Of a stretch of DNA of 61,872 bases, positions 48,492-57,980 are shown one piece after another (position 1 is the stretch's first letter; each line of letters starts with the position of its first letter). This DNA is from Dehalococcoidia bacterium (GTDB lineage Bacteria; Chloroflexota; Dehalococcoidia; DSTF01; RBG-16-68-14): positions 1-61,872 of the forward strand of contig JBBEBM010000072.1 in assembly GCA_040882355.1 (NCBI GenBank), written 5' to 3'. Under the pieces are notes generated by a model, which was not told where the DNA came from, searched no databases, and worked only from the letters and a program-made list of their open reading frames with translations. The position numbers and the translations under genes are program-made.

Positions 48492-50900
48492 TCACTCCGC
48501 CAGGTACGCCACCGTCACGCCCTCGCCGCCCTCCTCGCGCTTGCCGGTCTCGTACGAGCGGACGAGCGGGTGCTTCGCGAGCACGTCGCGCACCTGCCGT
48601 CGCAGTGTGCCGGTGCCCTTGCCATGCACGATGCGCACCCACGGCAGGCCCGCCCGGTACGCCTGATCGAGGTACTGGTCGACGCGCGGCAGCGCCTCGT
48701 CCACCGTCTGCCCGCGCACCTCGATCTCGAGCGGCGGCGCTTCCGCCGGCGACGCCGTGATTGTGCCCTGCGCTCCGTCGCCGCGCGCGCCGCGTCCTTC
48801 GGGCCGCTTGTGCGGCCGCTGCACGCGCTCCACCTGCTCCAGCCGCACCCGGCCCCGCAGCGGGCCGAGGTGCAGCTCGACTTCGCCACGTTCGTCGGGC
48901 GCGCCGACCGCCTCGCCGTAGCGATCGTAACCCTGGATCCAGACGAGGTCGCCCGCCTCGATCTCTGCCGGCGCGGGCCCGCCCGCCGGCAGCGCCACCT
49001 TCCTCGGCTTCGGCTTGGGCGGCGGACGCTTCTCGTCCATCACGGCGCGCCGGTCCAGCGCCCTCTGCAGCCGCTCGGCGGCGCGCTTGAGCCGGCCGCG
49101 CTCCGCCGCCTGCTCCGCCTGCGACAGCAGCTCGCGCACCGCAGTCGAGTCGCGTTCGAGGTCGGCGGTTGTGCGCTCCACCATCTGGTCGAGCCGCTCT
49201 TCGACGGCCGCCAGCTCCTCCTCCATCTTCGCGCGCGTCTCTTCCGCCTCGCCACGGGCGCGCTCCTCGGCCAGTCGCGCGACGACCGCCTCGTCCCGCT
49301 CGCGACGGATGTCCGTCAGCAGCGTCTCGACCTGCGCTTGGTCGGGCGAGATCGCCGCCCGCGCCGCCTCGATCAGATCGCGCGGCAGGCCGAGCCGCTC
49401 CGCGATGGCAAGCGCGTTGCTCCGGCCGGGCAGGCCGATCGTCAGGTGGTACGTCGGCATCAGCGTCTCCGCGTCGAACTCCACCGAGGCGTTCCGGATG
49501 CCGGGCGTCGTGTGCGCATACGCCTTCAGCTCGCCGTGGTGCGTCGTCGCAATCGTGATGCAGCCGATCTCGAGCAGTCGATCGAGGATCGCCCGCGCCA
49601 GCGCCGAGCCCTCCTCCGGGTCGGTACCCGCGGCGAGCTCGTCGAGCAGCACCAGGCTGTCACGCTTCGCCGACGCGAGGACGTTGATGATGTTCGTCAT
49701 GTGGCTGCTGAACGTCGAGAGCGACTGCTCGATGCTCTGCTCGTCGCCAATGTCCGCGTAGATCGCCGCGAACACCGGCATCTTCGACGCCGCGTCCGCG
49801 GGCACGGGCAGGCCGGCCTGCGCCATCAGCGCGAGCAGCCCTGCGTTCTTCAGCCCGACCGTCTTGCCGCCGGTGTTCGGCCCGGTGATCAGCAGCGCCG
49901 TGTACTCGTCGCCGACGGTCACCGTGACCGGCACGACGTCGTGCGACAGCAGCGGATGGCGCGCGTTCAGCAGGTGCAGCGTTCCCGGCGCCTCGACGAT
50001 CCAGCGCTGCTCGACGCCCGTGTGCGGCAGCTCGAACGCGTCCAGCTCATCGCCCAGGCGCGCCTTCGCGAGCGCGAGGTCCAGCTCCGCCAGCGCCTCG
50101 ACGGTATCGAGAATCGCCTCCGCCGACTCGCCAGCGAGGCCGCTCAGCTCGCGCAGCACGCGCTCGACCTCTCGCTCCTCCTCGAGCTGCAGCTCTCGCC
50201 ACGAGTTGCCCAGCTCGACGACCGACAGCGGCTCGATGAACAGCGTCGCGCCGCTCGCCGAGACGTCGTGGACGATGCCGCGCACTTGCCCGCGCTGGTC
50301 CGCCTTCACCGGGATGACGTAGCGGCCATCTCGCAGCGTCACGAGCGGCTCCTGGATCGCGTCGCGGTAGCGCGTCGAGTGGAGAATCTCCTGCAGGCGT
50401 TCGTTCAACCGGTCGTGCGCGACGCGCACGTTCCGTCGCAGCGATGCCAGCGCAGGGCTCGCCGCGTCCGTCACCTCGCCGCGGCCATCGATCGAGCGAT
50501 TGATCTCGCCGACCAGCTCTGGCAGCGGCTCGAGCTGCTCCGCCAGCTCGCCCAGCAGCGGCGCATCTTCGGGGAAGCGGCGGACGGTCGCACGCAGGTC
50601 ACCGGCGGCCATCAGCGTCCCGGCGATATCGAGCAAGTCGGTTGGCAGAAGTACGCCTCCTCGCGCCGCCTTGTCGACCTCCCCCCGCACGTCGCGGGCG
50701 CCGCCGAGGCCGATGCGCGGCTGCAGCTCCCGCAAGCGACGGGACTCGGCCGTGACGCGCTGTCGATGCACCACCTCGTCGCGCTCCGGCGACGGGCGCA
50801 GCGCGAGCGCCAGCTCACGCCCCGCCGAAAACGACGTGTGACGCGCCAGCTTCGCCAGCACCTTATCGAACTCAAGAACGCGCAGCGTGTGTTCGTCCAC
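48492..50900 (-). CDS. mutS2: MutS2 endonuclease / ribosome collision factor
   Basis: ITGPNTGGKT, DIGDEQSI.QSLSTFSSH, DELAAGTDP, TTH; Smr VHGKGTG.LR. Confidence 0.96.
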   Translation of the reverse strand: MDEHTLRVLEFDKVLAKLARHTSFSAGRELALALRPSPERDEVVHRQRVTAESRRLRELQPRIGLGGARDVRGEVDKAARGGVLLPTDLLDIAGTLMAAGDLRATVRRFPEDAPLLGELAEQLEPLPELVGEINRSIDGRGEVTDAASPALASLRRNVRVAHDRLNERLQEILHSTRYRDAIQEPLVTLRDGRYVIPVKADQRGQVRGIVHDVSASGATLFIEPLSVVELGNSWRELQLEEEREVERVLRELSGLAGESAEAILDTVEALAELDLALAKARLGDELDAFELPHTGVEQRWIVEAPGTLHLLNARHPLLSHDVVPVTVTVGDEYTALLITGPNTGGKTVGLKNAGLLALMAQAGLPVPADAASKMPVFAAIYADIGDEQSIEQSLSTFSSHMTNIINVLASAKRDSLVLLDELAAGTDPEEGSALARAILDRLLEIGCITIATTHHGELKAYAHTTPGIRNASVEFDAETLMPTYHLTIGLPGRSNALAIAERLGLPRDLIEAARAAISPDQAQVETLLTDIRRERDEAVVARLAEERARGEAEETRAKMEEELAAVEERLDQMVERTTADLERDSTAVRELLSQAEQAAERGRLKRAAERLQRALDRRAVMDEKRPPPKPKPRKVALPAGGPAPAEIEAGDLVWIQGYDRYGEAVGAPDERGEVELHLGPLRGRVRLEQVERVQRPHKRPEGRGARGDGAQGTITASPAEAPPLEIEVRGQTVDEALPRVDQYLDQAYRAGLPWVRIVHGKGTGTLRRQVRDVLAKHPLVRSYETGKREEGGEGVTVAYLAE

Positions 50901-51077
50901 GCGTCGATTGTAACAGAGGCTCGAGCGCGCGAAGTCGCCGTCTCCGCGGGTCAGCCTTCAGGCTGACGGCAAGACGCCGCTCGTTCTAGAACCGACGTGG
51001 CCGGCTCGGCTGGATCTCGTAGGTCAAGCATTCCACCTCATGGCTACCGCTGCCGCTTCATTGCCAAGCCAGGTTAC

Positions 51078-51280
51078 TTGACACCTTCCCCCACGTCCCG
51101 CTAGAGTCATGATCGATTCGCATGTCAGACGACACGGGCACCCAGTTCTGCGTTTGACGCAGCACCCCCTTCGCAGGAGTAGTGTGTCCGCCGTCTCGAC
51201 ATATATGTTCTAACTCGCCCTGAGTTAACAGCCACGACCGCGGGCACGACTCTTCAAGTCGGCCTGCGGTTCTTCTTTCT
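51078..51280 (+). promoter_or_regulatory. promoter and attenuator-like leader of ABC-F gene
   Basis: TTGACA-N18-TAGAGT; uORFs 51122-51157 and 51184-51213; stem GACCGCGGGC...GCCTGCGGTT followed by TCTTCTTTCT. Confidence 0.6.
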
Positions 51281-51337
51281 CCGGCGCCCGCCACAGGCCA
51301 GCGGACAGCGATCGCGGCGCCGGCAGGGAGCTACGAC

Positions 51338-53185
51338 ATGATCCTCGTATCGGTTAGCAACCTCTCCGTCTCGTTCGGCGCGTTCGACGTGCTGGATGGG
51401 GTGAGTTGTCAGGTGGAACACGGCGCGCGCGTCGGCCTCATCGGCCGCAACGGCGCCGGCAAGACCACGCTCTTGCGAGCCCTGGCTGGCACGCAGGATT
51501 CGACGCGCGGGCGCCGTCACACCGCGCGCGGCATGAACGTCGAGCTCGTCGAGCAGGTGCCGCCGCTGTCGAAGTCCGCGACCGTGTACGACCTCGCGCT
51601 CTCGTCTTGCGCCGAGCTTGTCGAGATGGAGCGCGAGCTCGAGCGGACGGCCGGCGACCTGGCGCGATCGTCGGACGATGACGCGGCTGCCCGCTACGAG
51701 GCCCTCCACCTGCGCTTCGAGGCGGCGGGCGGCTTTCGCTACCGCGTCCTGGTCGAAGAGGTGCTCACCGGCCTCGGCTTCATGCGGCCGTCCTGGGAGC
51801 GCCCCGTCGAGGCGCTCAGCGGCGGCGAACGCAGCCGGCTCGGCCTGGCCCGCGCGCTTGCCGCATCGCCGGACGTCCTGCTGATGGACGAGCCGACCAA
51901 CCACCTCGACCTCGACGGCCTCCGCTGGCTCGAGGGCTTCCTCGGCCGCTGGCGGGGCGCGTTCGTCGTCACCTCCCACGACCGCTACTTCCTCGACCAG
52001 GTCGCGACGCGCATCTGGCTGCTCGCCGATGGCCGTCTGCAAGCCTACCCGGGCAACTACAGCAAGTTCGAAGCGCTCCGTACCGACCAGGTGCGCCGCC
52101 AGCAGCTAGAGTACGAGGCTCAGCGTGAAGTCATCGAAAAGGAGGAGGCGTTCATCCGCCGTTACAAGGCCGGACAGCGCGCTCGCGAAGCGCGCGGCCG
52201 CCAGAAACGACTCGACCGCGTCGAGCGACTTGAAGCGCCACGGCACGAGCGCAACCTTCGCCTGCAGTTGGGCGCCTCGCGGAGCGGACACGTCGTCTTC
52301 TCGACCGAGGGTCTGTCGGCGGGTTACGCCGGCAAGCGTGTGGTGCGCGTCGACAAGCTGCAATTGGAGCGCGGCTCTCGCATCGCGCTGCTTGGGCCCA
52401 ATGGATCTGGCAAGAGCACCCTGCTGAAGACGATCGCCGGCGAGCTCACGCCGGTCGACGGCGAGTTTCGCTTGGGCGCCGCCGTTCGCGTCGCGCACTA
52501 CTGGCAGGAGGCGGAGGGACTGGACCCGCGACACACCGTGCTAGAGGAGGTGCTCGGGAGCCGGAACATGGACCTGCAGCCTGCGCGAGACCTGCTCGGC
52601 CGCTTCCTGTTCAGCGGCGACGACATCTACAAGCCGATCTCCGCCCTCAGCGGCGGCGAGCGCAGCCGTCTCGCGCTGCTCCGTTTGCTCCTCGCCGAGG
52701 CGAACCTCCTGCTCCTCGACGAGCCGACGAACCACCTCGACATCCCCGCGCGCGAATCGCTCGGCGACGCGCTCTCGACCTACAAGGGCACGCTGATCTT
52801 CGCCTCGCACGACCGCCGCCTCATCGGCGACCTCGCGACGAGCCTCTGGCTGATCGAGGACGGCACGCTACGGGCGTTCGACGGCACCCTGGCCGAGTAC
52901 GACCGTCTGCGCGCCACACCGGCGCCCGCGCCCGAAGCGCCTGGCCGCCCGCCGCCGCGCCCAGCGCCCGCGCCACGAACCGGCCCGACGCCGGAGGAGA
53001 CGTCAGGCGCCCTCGAGGCCGGCATTCACAGCAAGGAGGAGGCGCTCGCCGCCCTCGGCGACGAGATCAACGCGGCCAGCGAACGCGGTGACGTCGAAGC
53101 CGTGCGAGACCTCGGTGCCCGCTTTCGGGAAGCGCAGGCCGAGCTGGACCACCTGCTCGAGGAATGGGCGAGATCGGATCGATGA
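51338..53185 (+). CDS. ABC-F family ribosome-associated ATPase
   Basis: Two ABC domains (GRNGAGKT, GPNGSGKS, LSGGE, DEPTNHLD x2), SHDR, no TM segments, C-terminal coiled coil. Confidence 0.95.
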   Translation: MILVSVSNLSVSFGAFDVLDGVSCQVEHGARVGLIGRNGAGKTTLLRALAGTQDSTRGRRHTARGMNVELVEQVPPLSKSATVYDLALSSCAELVEMERELERTAGDLARSSDDDAAARYEALHLRFEAAGGFRYRVLVEEVLTGLGFMRPSWERPVEALSGGERSRLGLARALAASPDVLLMDEPTNHLDLDGLRWLEGFLGRWRGAFVVTSHDRYFLDQVATRIWLLADGRLQAYPGNYSKFEALRTDQVRRQQLEYEAQREVIEKEEAFIRRYKAGQRAREARGRQKRLDRVERLEAPRHERNLRLQLGASRSGHVVFSTEGLSAGYAGKRVVRVDKLQLERGSRIALLGPNGSGKSTLLKTIAGELTPVDGEFRLGAAVRVAHYWQEAEGLDPRHTVLEEVLGSRNMDLQPARDLLGRFLFSGDDIYKPISALSGGERSRLALLRLLLAEANLLLLDEPTNHLDIPARESLGDALSTYKGTLIFASHDRRLIGDLATSLWLIEDGTLRAFDGTLAEYDRLRATPAPAPEAPGRPPPRPAPAPRTGPTPEETSGALEAGIHSKEEALAALGDEINAASERGDVEAVRDLGARFREAQAELDHLLEEWARSDR

Positions 53186-53201
53186 GACCTGTCGTAGCCG
53201 G

Positions 53202-53426
53202 TTAGACCGCCGCCTGCACGAACTCGATCTCTGGTGGGGCGCCCTCTTGTGGCACCGGGTCGCCGGAAGCGCGGAGGCTCTCGATGCATCCCTCCAATGC
53301 CTCTTTCGCGTTGAAGAGTGCCTCCTGACGCGACCGCCCCCAGGTGTGACATCCGGGAAACGCGGGAACCGAGGCGAGCCAGTTGTCTTCCTCGTCTCGT
53401 GTCAGGATCACTGAATATCTCATCAC
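53202..53426 (-). CDS. hicB: HicB antitoxin
   Basis: W.A.VP..PGCHTWG....EAL.N.KEA. Confidence 0.9.
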   Translation of the reverse strand: MMRYSVILTRDEEDNWLASVPAFPGCHTWGRSRQEALFNAKEALEGCIESLRASGDPVPQEGAPPEIEFVQAAV

Positions 53427-53428
53427 AT

Positions 53429-53662
53429 TCAGGCTAACTCGTTGAAATGCCCCACGTCCACCTGTGCGTCCTTCAAGATGCTGGCCAACGTCCCGATAGG
53501 CAGAGTTTGATTGCCGTGGACAGGCACAGCGAGCGTGACTCCCGGGAATTCGCGGTGCCGCATGATGTGATGGCTGCCCCCAGTCCGATCGACGCTCCAG
53601 CCAAGCCGTTCCAAGACTCGGACTAGCTGACGCCCGCTGACTCGCTTTGGTCTCTCAGCCAT
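53429..53662 (-). CDS. hicA: HicA toxin
   Basis: LERLGW....GGSH, VPVHG...L..GTL.SILK.A. Confidence 0.92.
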   Translation of the reverse strand: MAERPKRVSGRQLVRVLERLGWSVDRTGGSHHIMRHREFPGVTLAVPVHGNQTLPIGTLASILKDAQVDVGHFNELA

Positions 53663-53686
53663 CCGGGGCTGATTCCTCGCCCGAAC

Positions 53687-54550
53687 TCACCCGCCCAGGA
53701 AGCCCACGATCTCCGCGTTCACGCGCTCCGGTGCCTCGCGGTGCATGAAGTGCCCGCAGCCCTCGACCTTCTTCAGCGTGTGGTCCGTGAAGAACTGGCC
53801 CAGGTTGTCGGTCCACTCGAAGCGCAAGATCGGGTCCATGTCGCTCCACAGGATCAGCGTCGGCGTCTTCACGATGGGGTCCGGCTGCGGCTGGCCAGCC
53901 GAGCGCAACGCCGCGCGATAGCAGTTGAAGCCGCCGCGCAGCGCACCCGGCTGCGAGTACGCCTCGACGAACTCCGCGACCTCCTCGTCCGGGAAGACGT
54001 CCGTGTCGTGCGACCAGTGGCGAAGGAAGTGCCCCAGGTACGTCTCGGTCGAGGCGCGCGTAGCGCCGACGACGTCCTCCGCCCACGGCTGCTGGTGGTG
54101 GATCATGTACCAGCTCTCGAAGATCTGCGGCATCTCAAACCAGCGGCCGCCGATGCCCGGGTACGGTGGGTTGAAGAGCACGAGCCGCTCCAGCATCTCC
54201 GGGTAGCTGCGCGCGAAGCGCTGCGTCCACATCGCTCCGAAGTCGTGCCCGACCATGCTCACCCGCTCGAACCCCAGCGCCCGAACGAGCGCCGCCAGGT
54301 CGTCGGCCATTACGCCGTCCGTGTAGCCCTGCTCCGGCGGCAGGTCCGGCTTGGCGGAGTACGCGAAGCCGCGCATGTCCGGCACGATCACGTCGAAGCG
54401 TTCCGCCAGCGGCATGATGTTCTTGTTCCACTCGAACCAGAAGCCCGGCCAGCCGTGCACCAGCACGACCGGCTTCCCCGCGCCATGCCGCACGTAGTGC
54501 AGCCGGACGCCGTTCACCTCAACGAACTGGTGGTTCCAGGCCTCAGTCAC
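53687..54550 (-). CDS. alpha/beta hydrolase (epoxide hydrolase/dehalogenase-like)
   Basis: HGWP, PDMRG, GHDFG (Asp nucleophile), GHF. Confidence 0.9.
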   Translation of the reverse strand: MTEAWNHQFVEVNGVRLHYVRHGAGKPVVLVHGWPGFWFEWNKNIMPLAERFDVIVPDMRGFAYSAKPDLPPEQGYTDGVMADDLAALVRALGFERVSMVGHDFGAMWTQRFARSYPEMLERLVLFNPPYPGIGGRWFEMPQIFESWYMIHHQQPWAEDVVGATRASTETYLGHFLRHWSHDTDVFPDEEVAEFVEAYSQPGALRGGFNCYRAALRSAGQPQPDPIVKTPTLILWSDMDPILRFEWTDNLGQFFTDHTLKKVEGCGHFMHREAPERVNAEIVGFLGG

Positions 54551-54553
54551 CGT

Positions 54554-55282
54554 CTACCTCCTTCGAACGCTCGCCTCCCGGGCGGCCTGACGCTCCCGCC
54601 TCGACCCGAGCACGTCGATCGCTGCAACCAGACAGCCGGCGCCGTCCGGCCGCTCGTACGACAGCACCCGCGGCTGGATACGATAGGCGCTCAGCGCGCC
54701 CATGAGCACCGCCGTCTGCGCGACGGCGTCCTCGGCGGCTGAGCGGCGGAACGTTGCGTCTACATTCGTAAGCCACTTCACGTCCCACTCGTCGATCGCC
54801 CGGCGGTACTGGCGATCGAACAGCCGCGCCAGCCGCGCGTCCGCCGTGCCAGCGAGCGTAGCCGTACAGACCAGCGCCGTCCGCCACTCGTCGCCGGCCA
54901 GCGCCCGGCCGAGGGCTCGCCCGAAGTCGAGATGTTCGCGCGGCGAAAGCGACGACACGCCAATCGACAAGGCGTCGGCGTCCCCGAGCGCGTCGACGAA
55001 CGGGGCGCCCAGAACCGATGACCGCGAGATCGCGAGATTGAAGGGGATCGCTTCCCGACCAACCTCGTCCTTGAGACGCGCCACGATCGCAGCCCAGCGC
55101 TCGGCGTCACCCGTCGCGACCTGGATCGCGCGCGGCAACACGGCGCCCTGCCGGGCGATCAGCACCGCGGCGTCCGGCTCGTACATCCGCAGCTCCGCCG
55201 CGACGCGATCGAGCGCCTCACGCGTGAGCGCGCCGTCATCGGGCAGCGCAGGCGGGCAGATACAGGCGTACACGACGGGCAT
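54554..55282 (-). CDS. degenerate LigB/MEMO-fold protein
   Basis: HLDFGRALG, LFD..Y, LMGAL, VLSYE.P.G.G patterns; usual metal-binding His residues not seen; start reset to MPVVY after TATACT. Confidence 0.55.
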   Translation of the reverse strand: MPVVYACICPPALPDDGALTREALDRVAAELRMYEPDAAVLIARQGAVLPRAIQVATGDAERWAAIVARLKDEVGREAIPFNLAISRSSVLGAPFVDALGDADALSIGVSSLSPREHLDFGRALGRALAGDEWRTALVCTATLAGTADARLARLFDRQYRRAIDEWDVKWLTNVDATFRRSAAEDAVAQTAVLMGALSAYRIQPRVLSYERPDGAGCLVAAIDVLGSRRERQAAREASVRRR

Positions 55283-55337
55283 CGCGCACCAGTATAGCCT
55301 GTCGCATCCAGCAGGGTCGGCCGGCCACGTGAGGCGT

Positions 55338-55347
55338 NNNNNNNNNN
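55338..55347. other. assembly gap (10 N)
   Basis: Run of n in the sequence; true length unknown. Confidence 1.
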
Positions 55348-55440
55348 GACGGCCGCGCGACCACCAACGCCGGCGCCATCGGCCCCACCGCCGCCTACCC
55401 CGACGGCGCCTGGGAGCGCGACTCGTACGAGGCGCCGTAG
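55348..55440 (+). CDS. possible 3' end of a gene truncated by the gap
   Basis: DGRATTNAGAIGPTAAYPDGAWERDSYEAP* with nearly all G/C third positions. Confidence 0.4.
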   Translation, partial: DGRATTNAGAIGPTAAYPDGAWERDSYEAP

Positions 55441-55479
55441 GGGCGCCCATCTGGGCGCCCTGGACGGCCGCGGCCGTCG
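55437..55479 (+). repeat. GTAG-type REP with double hairpin (inverted partner at 58506-58549)
   Basis: GTAGGGGCGCCCATCTGGGCGCCCTGGACGGCCGCGGCCGTCG vs reverse complement GTAGGGGCGCGCATCTGCGTGCCCTAGACGGCCGGAGGCCGTCG. Confidence 0.8.
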
Positions 55480-55509
55480 CAACCGGACGCACCGCCAGGA
55501 AACCGTTCA

Positions 55510-55867
55510 GACGTTTCATTGACCAGTCCGTTTGGCAAAATCGCTCTTGTCAGCGGACGGCCAGCGGACGGCCTCTGAAGCCAGGTGACGCCCCTGCGCC
55601 GGGCTGTGAATCTGAACGCGATGTTTGATTGATCCCGAGGCCGGTGACGCCCTGCGACAAGCAGGACGGCGGCTCGGCAGTATCGTCAGTCTCGGGCAAA
55701 CCACCTCGATCCTCCTCGGTCGCGCGAACCCTTCGCTTCGCTCGAGGGCAAGCCCAGCGCCAGAACACTGGACGGCCCGTGCCCCTTCGGCAAGCTCTGG
55801 ACAAGCTTCGCCGGATTGTCGAGGTTAGGGTAGGGCCGCGTCGGGAGAGCGCGGAGGGGGCGGTGGC
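55510..55867 (-). repeat. ~360-bp dispersed element, copy B
   Basis: Colinear with 254-663 in inverted orientation; internal 11-bp tandem duplication AGCGGACGGCC. Confidence 0.8.
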
Positions 55868-56061
55868 GTGGAGGGAGGGCGGAAGGAGGGCCGGCGCGCG
55901 TGTGGAGGCGGAAGGCGGGATCGCGAGTAGGAAGAGGCCGGCGAAGCTCAGAGAACCACGGCAATCGCCGGATTTGGCGCTTCAGACCCGAGGCTCATTC
56001 AGCTTCTTTGAGAGCTCATCGGAAGCCGATCTGTGGAACCCGACTCGTGAACCGTTGCACG

Positions 56062-56406
56062 TCATAGCGGCACGACCTCGCGCAAGCGGGCTACCATCTC
56101 TCGAAACTCGTAGGGCGTCAATTCCCCGACCTTCTCAATCACCCTGGTCCACTTGAGCGTCCAAAACCACGGGACTACCTGGGATGGGCCATTTAGCCCA
56201 GCATGCCTCAGGTCTTTGATGGCATACACTCCGAGGATTGGTTCGTGGAGAATGGCGCCGCTCGCTATCAGGACGAGCACTCCATGATCCTTGCCGATGT
56301 TGTAGGCGCGTTCACTGAGCACGACGGCGTAGCGTCTCTTTGACCGTTCTGGCGGATCAATGCGGGGAGCGTCAAGCCGGACTACATCGCCCGGGCTATA
56401 GGTCAT
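56062..56406 (-). CDS. PemK/MazF-family toxin
   Basis: PGDVV........SKRRYAVVLS...YN, AGL..PS, IEKVGEL. Confidence 0.82.
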   Translation of the reverse strand: MTYSPGDVVRLDAPRIDPPERSKRRYAVVLSERAYNIGKDHGVLVLIASGAILHEPILGVYAIKDLRHAGLNGPSQVVPWFWTLKWTRVIEKVGELTPYEFREMVARLREVVPL

Positions 56407-56689
56407 CGCCCCTGCCAAGCCCATGCTCGGCTTCCCAATCTTCCAAATCCTCCAGGGACGCTATCCACCAGTCATCATCATGCTCGATAGACGATGCGGA
56501 AATTGCGTCGCCCCCGGGCTTCGTACGCGTCACGATCACCAGCGGATGAAGGACAGCCGACTGGTCAATCCGTATCGTCATGAACGGCGTCACGTCGATT
56601 AGCTGAGTTGCGCTTGCCAAGCCGGCCGCTGTCATACCAACTCTGTTGATTCTCCGCCTATCGCTAGCGGTGCCTGCTTCCACATCCAT
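56396..56689 (-). CDS. small protein with acidic Trp-rich tail, putative antitoxin
   Basis: SD GGAG; overlaps toxin start by 11 nt; C-terminal HDDDWWIASLEDLEDWE. Confidence 0.6.
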   Translation of the reverse strand: MDVEAGTASDRRRINRVGMTAAGLASATQLIDVTPFMTIRIDQSAVLHPLVIVTRTKPGGDAISASSIEHDDDWWIASLEDLEDWEAEHGLGRGDDL

Positions 56690-56702
56690 TAGACAACTCC
56701 AT

Positions 56703-57731
56703 TCACAATGTGTCGCTGGGGAGCCAACCCTCGAATGACGCTCTCTCTTGGATCGCTACGGTCGGCACAGGGAGCCCTGGCTGTTGCACTTGTATTCTCT
56801 GAATGTTTTTCGTTGTTTGAAACACATGGGTCAGATCAGTCGTTTCGATTACCGCCCGAGGAAACGTTCCCACCGTTTGCTGCTCCGCACCCAGGAATCC
56901 GTCAGCGTTATAGGGCGTGCCAAGTTCCAGAAGCGCCGAATATTCGCTGAACAGGGCCTTTACCTTGGCCTCAATCTCTGGCGTGGACTCAATCACCTTT
57001 AGCTTGAGCGCATTCTGTGCTTCAGATCTGCCGATCAAGTAGTCGTGCGATCCTAGTTCGCGGGTCAGTCGTGAGACTATTCGGTCGCGCTCGTCCTTGT
57101 GTTCCTCGCCATCCATATGAAAGGCCAGCAAGCGATCTGCGAGGCTGACGATCTGTTCTCGGGATCGATAGACTGCGCCCAGCGCCAGTGGGTGGACCTG
57201 CGCAGAGAGCCGATCAAAAACGGTCAGAAGTGAGCGTTCCTCCTTTAGCGCAGCTTCCCTCCTGGCGAGATCGAGAAAGCCCACTACGTCCTCCACGCTG
57301 ATGGGAACGACCTGGGCTTGCCCCAGCTGGTTCGGTGTCTCTACTTTCGGGCCGAGAGCAGAATTCACGGAAGGATCAATAGGACTGAGTTGACCTAGCC
57401 GCGTCATGATGATTTCGTTAGCCGCCAGAGTGAACAGGGTTCCGGCACTTAGGGCTCGATGTGGAATCAAGACCCCTAATGCATCACAGTATTCGCGGAC
57501 AAGATTGGCCAATCCCCATGCTGCGAGCGTGTGCCCGCCAGCTGTGTAGAGGAGTACGTCTATCTTCGGCACCTCCCCGATTCTCTCTAGGTGCTCAAAG
57601 AAGATGGCGTGCGCGTCCGAGGCGATGATGGTCGGATGGTTTGGGCGGTCGCCCCAAACGGCAGCCAGGAGCCGCGACCCTCGCAGCGCCTCGATTTCTC
57701 GAATGAGATTGAGTCTATCTTCGCGTGGCAT
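56703..57731 (-). CDS. SDH_sah-family ClpP/crotonase-fold serine protease
   Basis: IDVLLYT.GG, ALSAGTL...AANEIIM, LSPIDP, SHDYLI...EA. Confidence 0.85.
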   Translation of the reverse strand: MPREDRLNLIREIEALRGSRLLAAVWGDRPNHPTIIASDAHAIFFEHLERIGEVPKIDVLLYTAGGHTLAAWGLANLVREYCDALGVLIPHRALSAGTLFTLAANEIIMTRLGQLSPIDPSVNSALGPKVETPNQLGQAQVVPISVEDVVGFLDLARREAALKEERSLLTVFDRLSAQVHPLALGAVYRSREQIVSLADRLLAFHMDGEEHKDERDRIVSRLTRELGSHDYLIGRSEAQNALKLKVIESTPEIEAKVKALFSEYSALLELGTPYNADGFLGAEQQTVGTFPRAVIETTDLTHVFQTTKNIQRIQVQQPGLPVPTVAIQERASFEGWLPSDTL

Positions 57732-57860
57732 AGGAGGCTATATTCTTATCGGATGGCCGCGGGCATGTCAAAATCGATCAGATCACTGATCCATTATAAC
57801 AGGGCGCAGCTGGGATCTGACAAGGGGAAAACACTGCTTCAGAGCTCCTGCTTGGTCTAT

Positions 57861-57979
57861 CTAGACCTCCGGCGGCTGGCGCGACTCCCCCGCCGGAGGC
57901 CGGCAGGTACCTCGCCAGGAGGAAGACGGCGCCGACGAGCGCGGCGATCGGTAGCCGGGCGAGCGCGGGCTGGACGGTG
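57861..57979 (-). pseudogene. diverged remnant of the 3' half of the adjacent 79-aa gene
   Basis: TVQPALARLPIAALVGAVFLLAR..ESRQPPEV* vs TVHPALALLPIVALVGAVFLLARWESRKPPEA*; 19-nt frameshifting insertion. Confidence 0.75.
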
Positions 57980-57980
57980 T

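Noticed and set aside
48351..50966. 871-aa plus-strand ORF and similar long antisense ORFs (14443-16221, 24795-26636, 32623-34350)
   Set aside because: Shadow frames of mutS2, infB/nusA, smc and DUF2298 caused by high GC
55283..55519. N-terminal extension of the LigB-like ORF across the N gap
   Set aside because: Spans an assembly gap of unknown length; a -10 box and ATG at 55282 fit better
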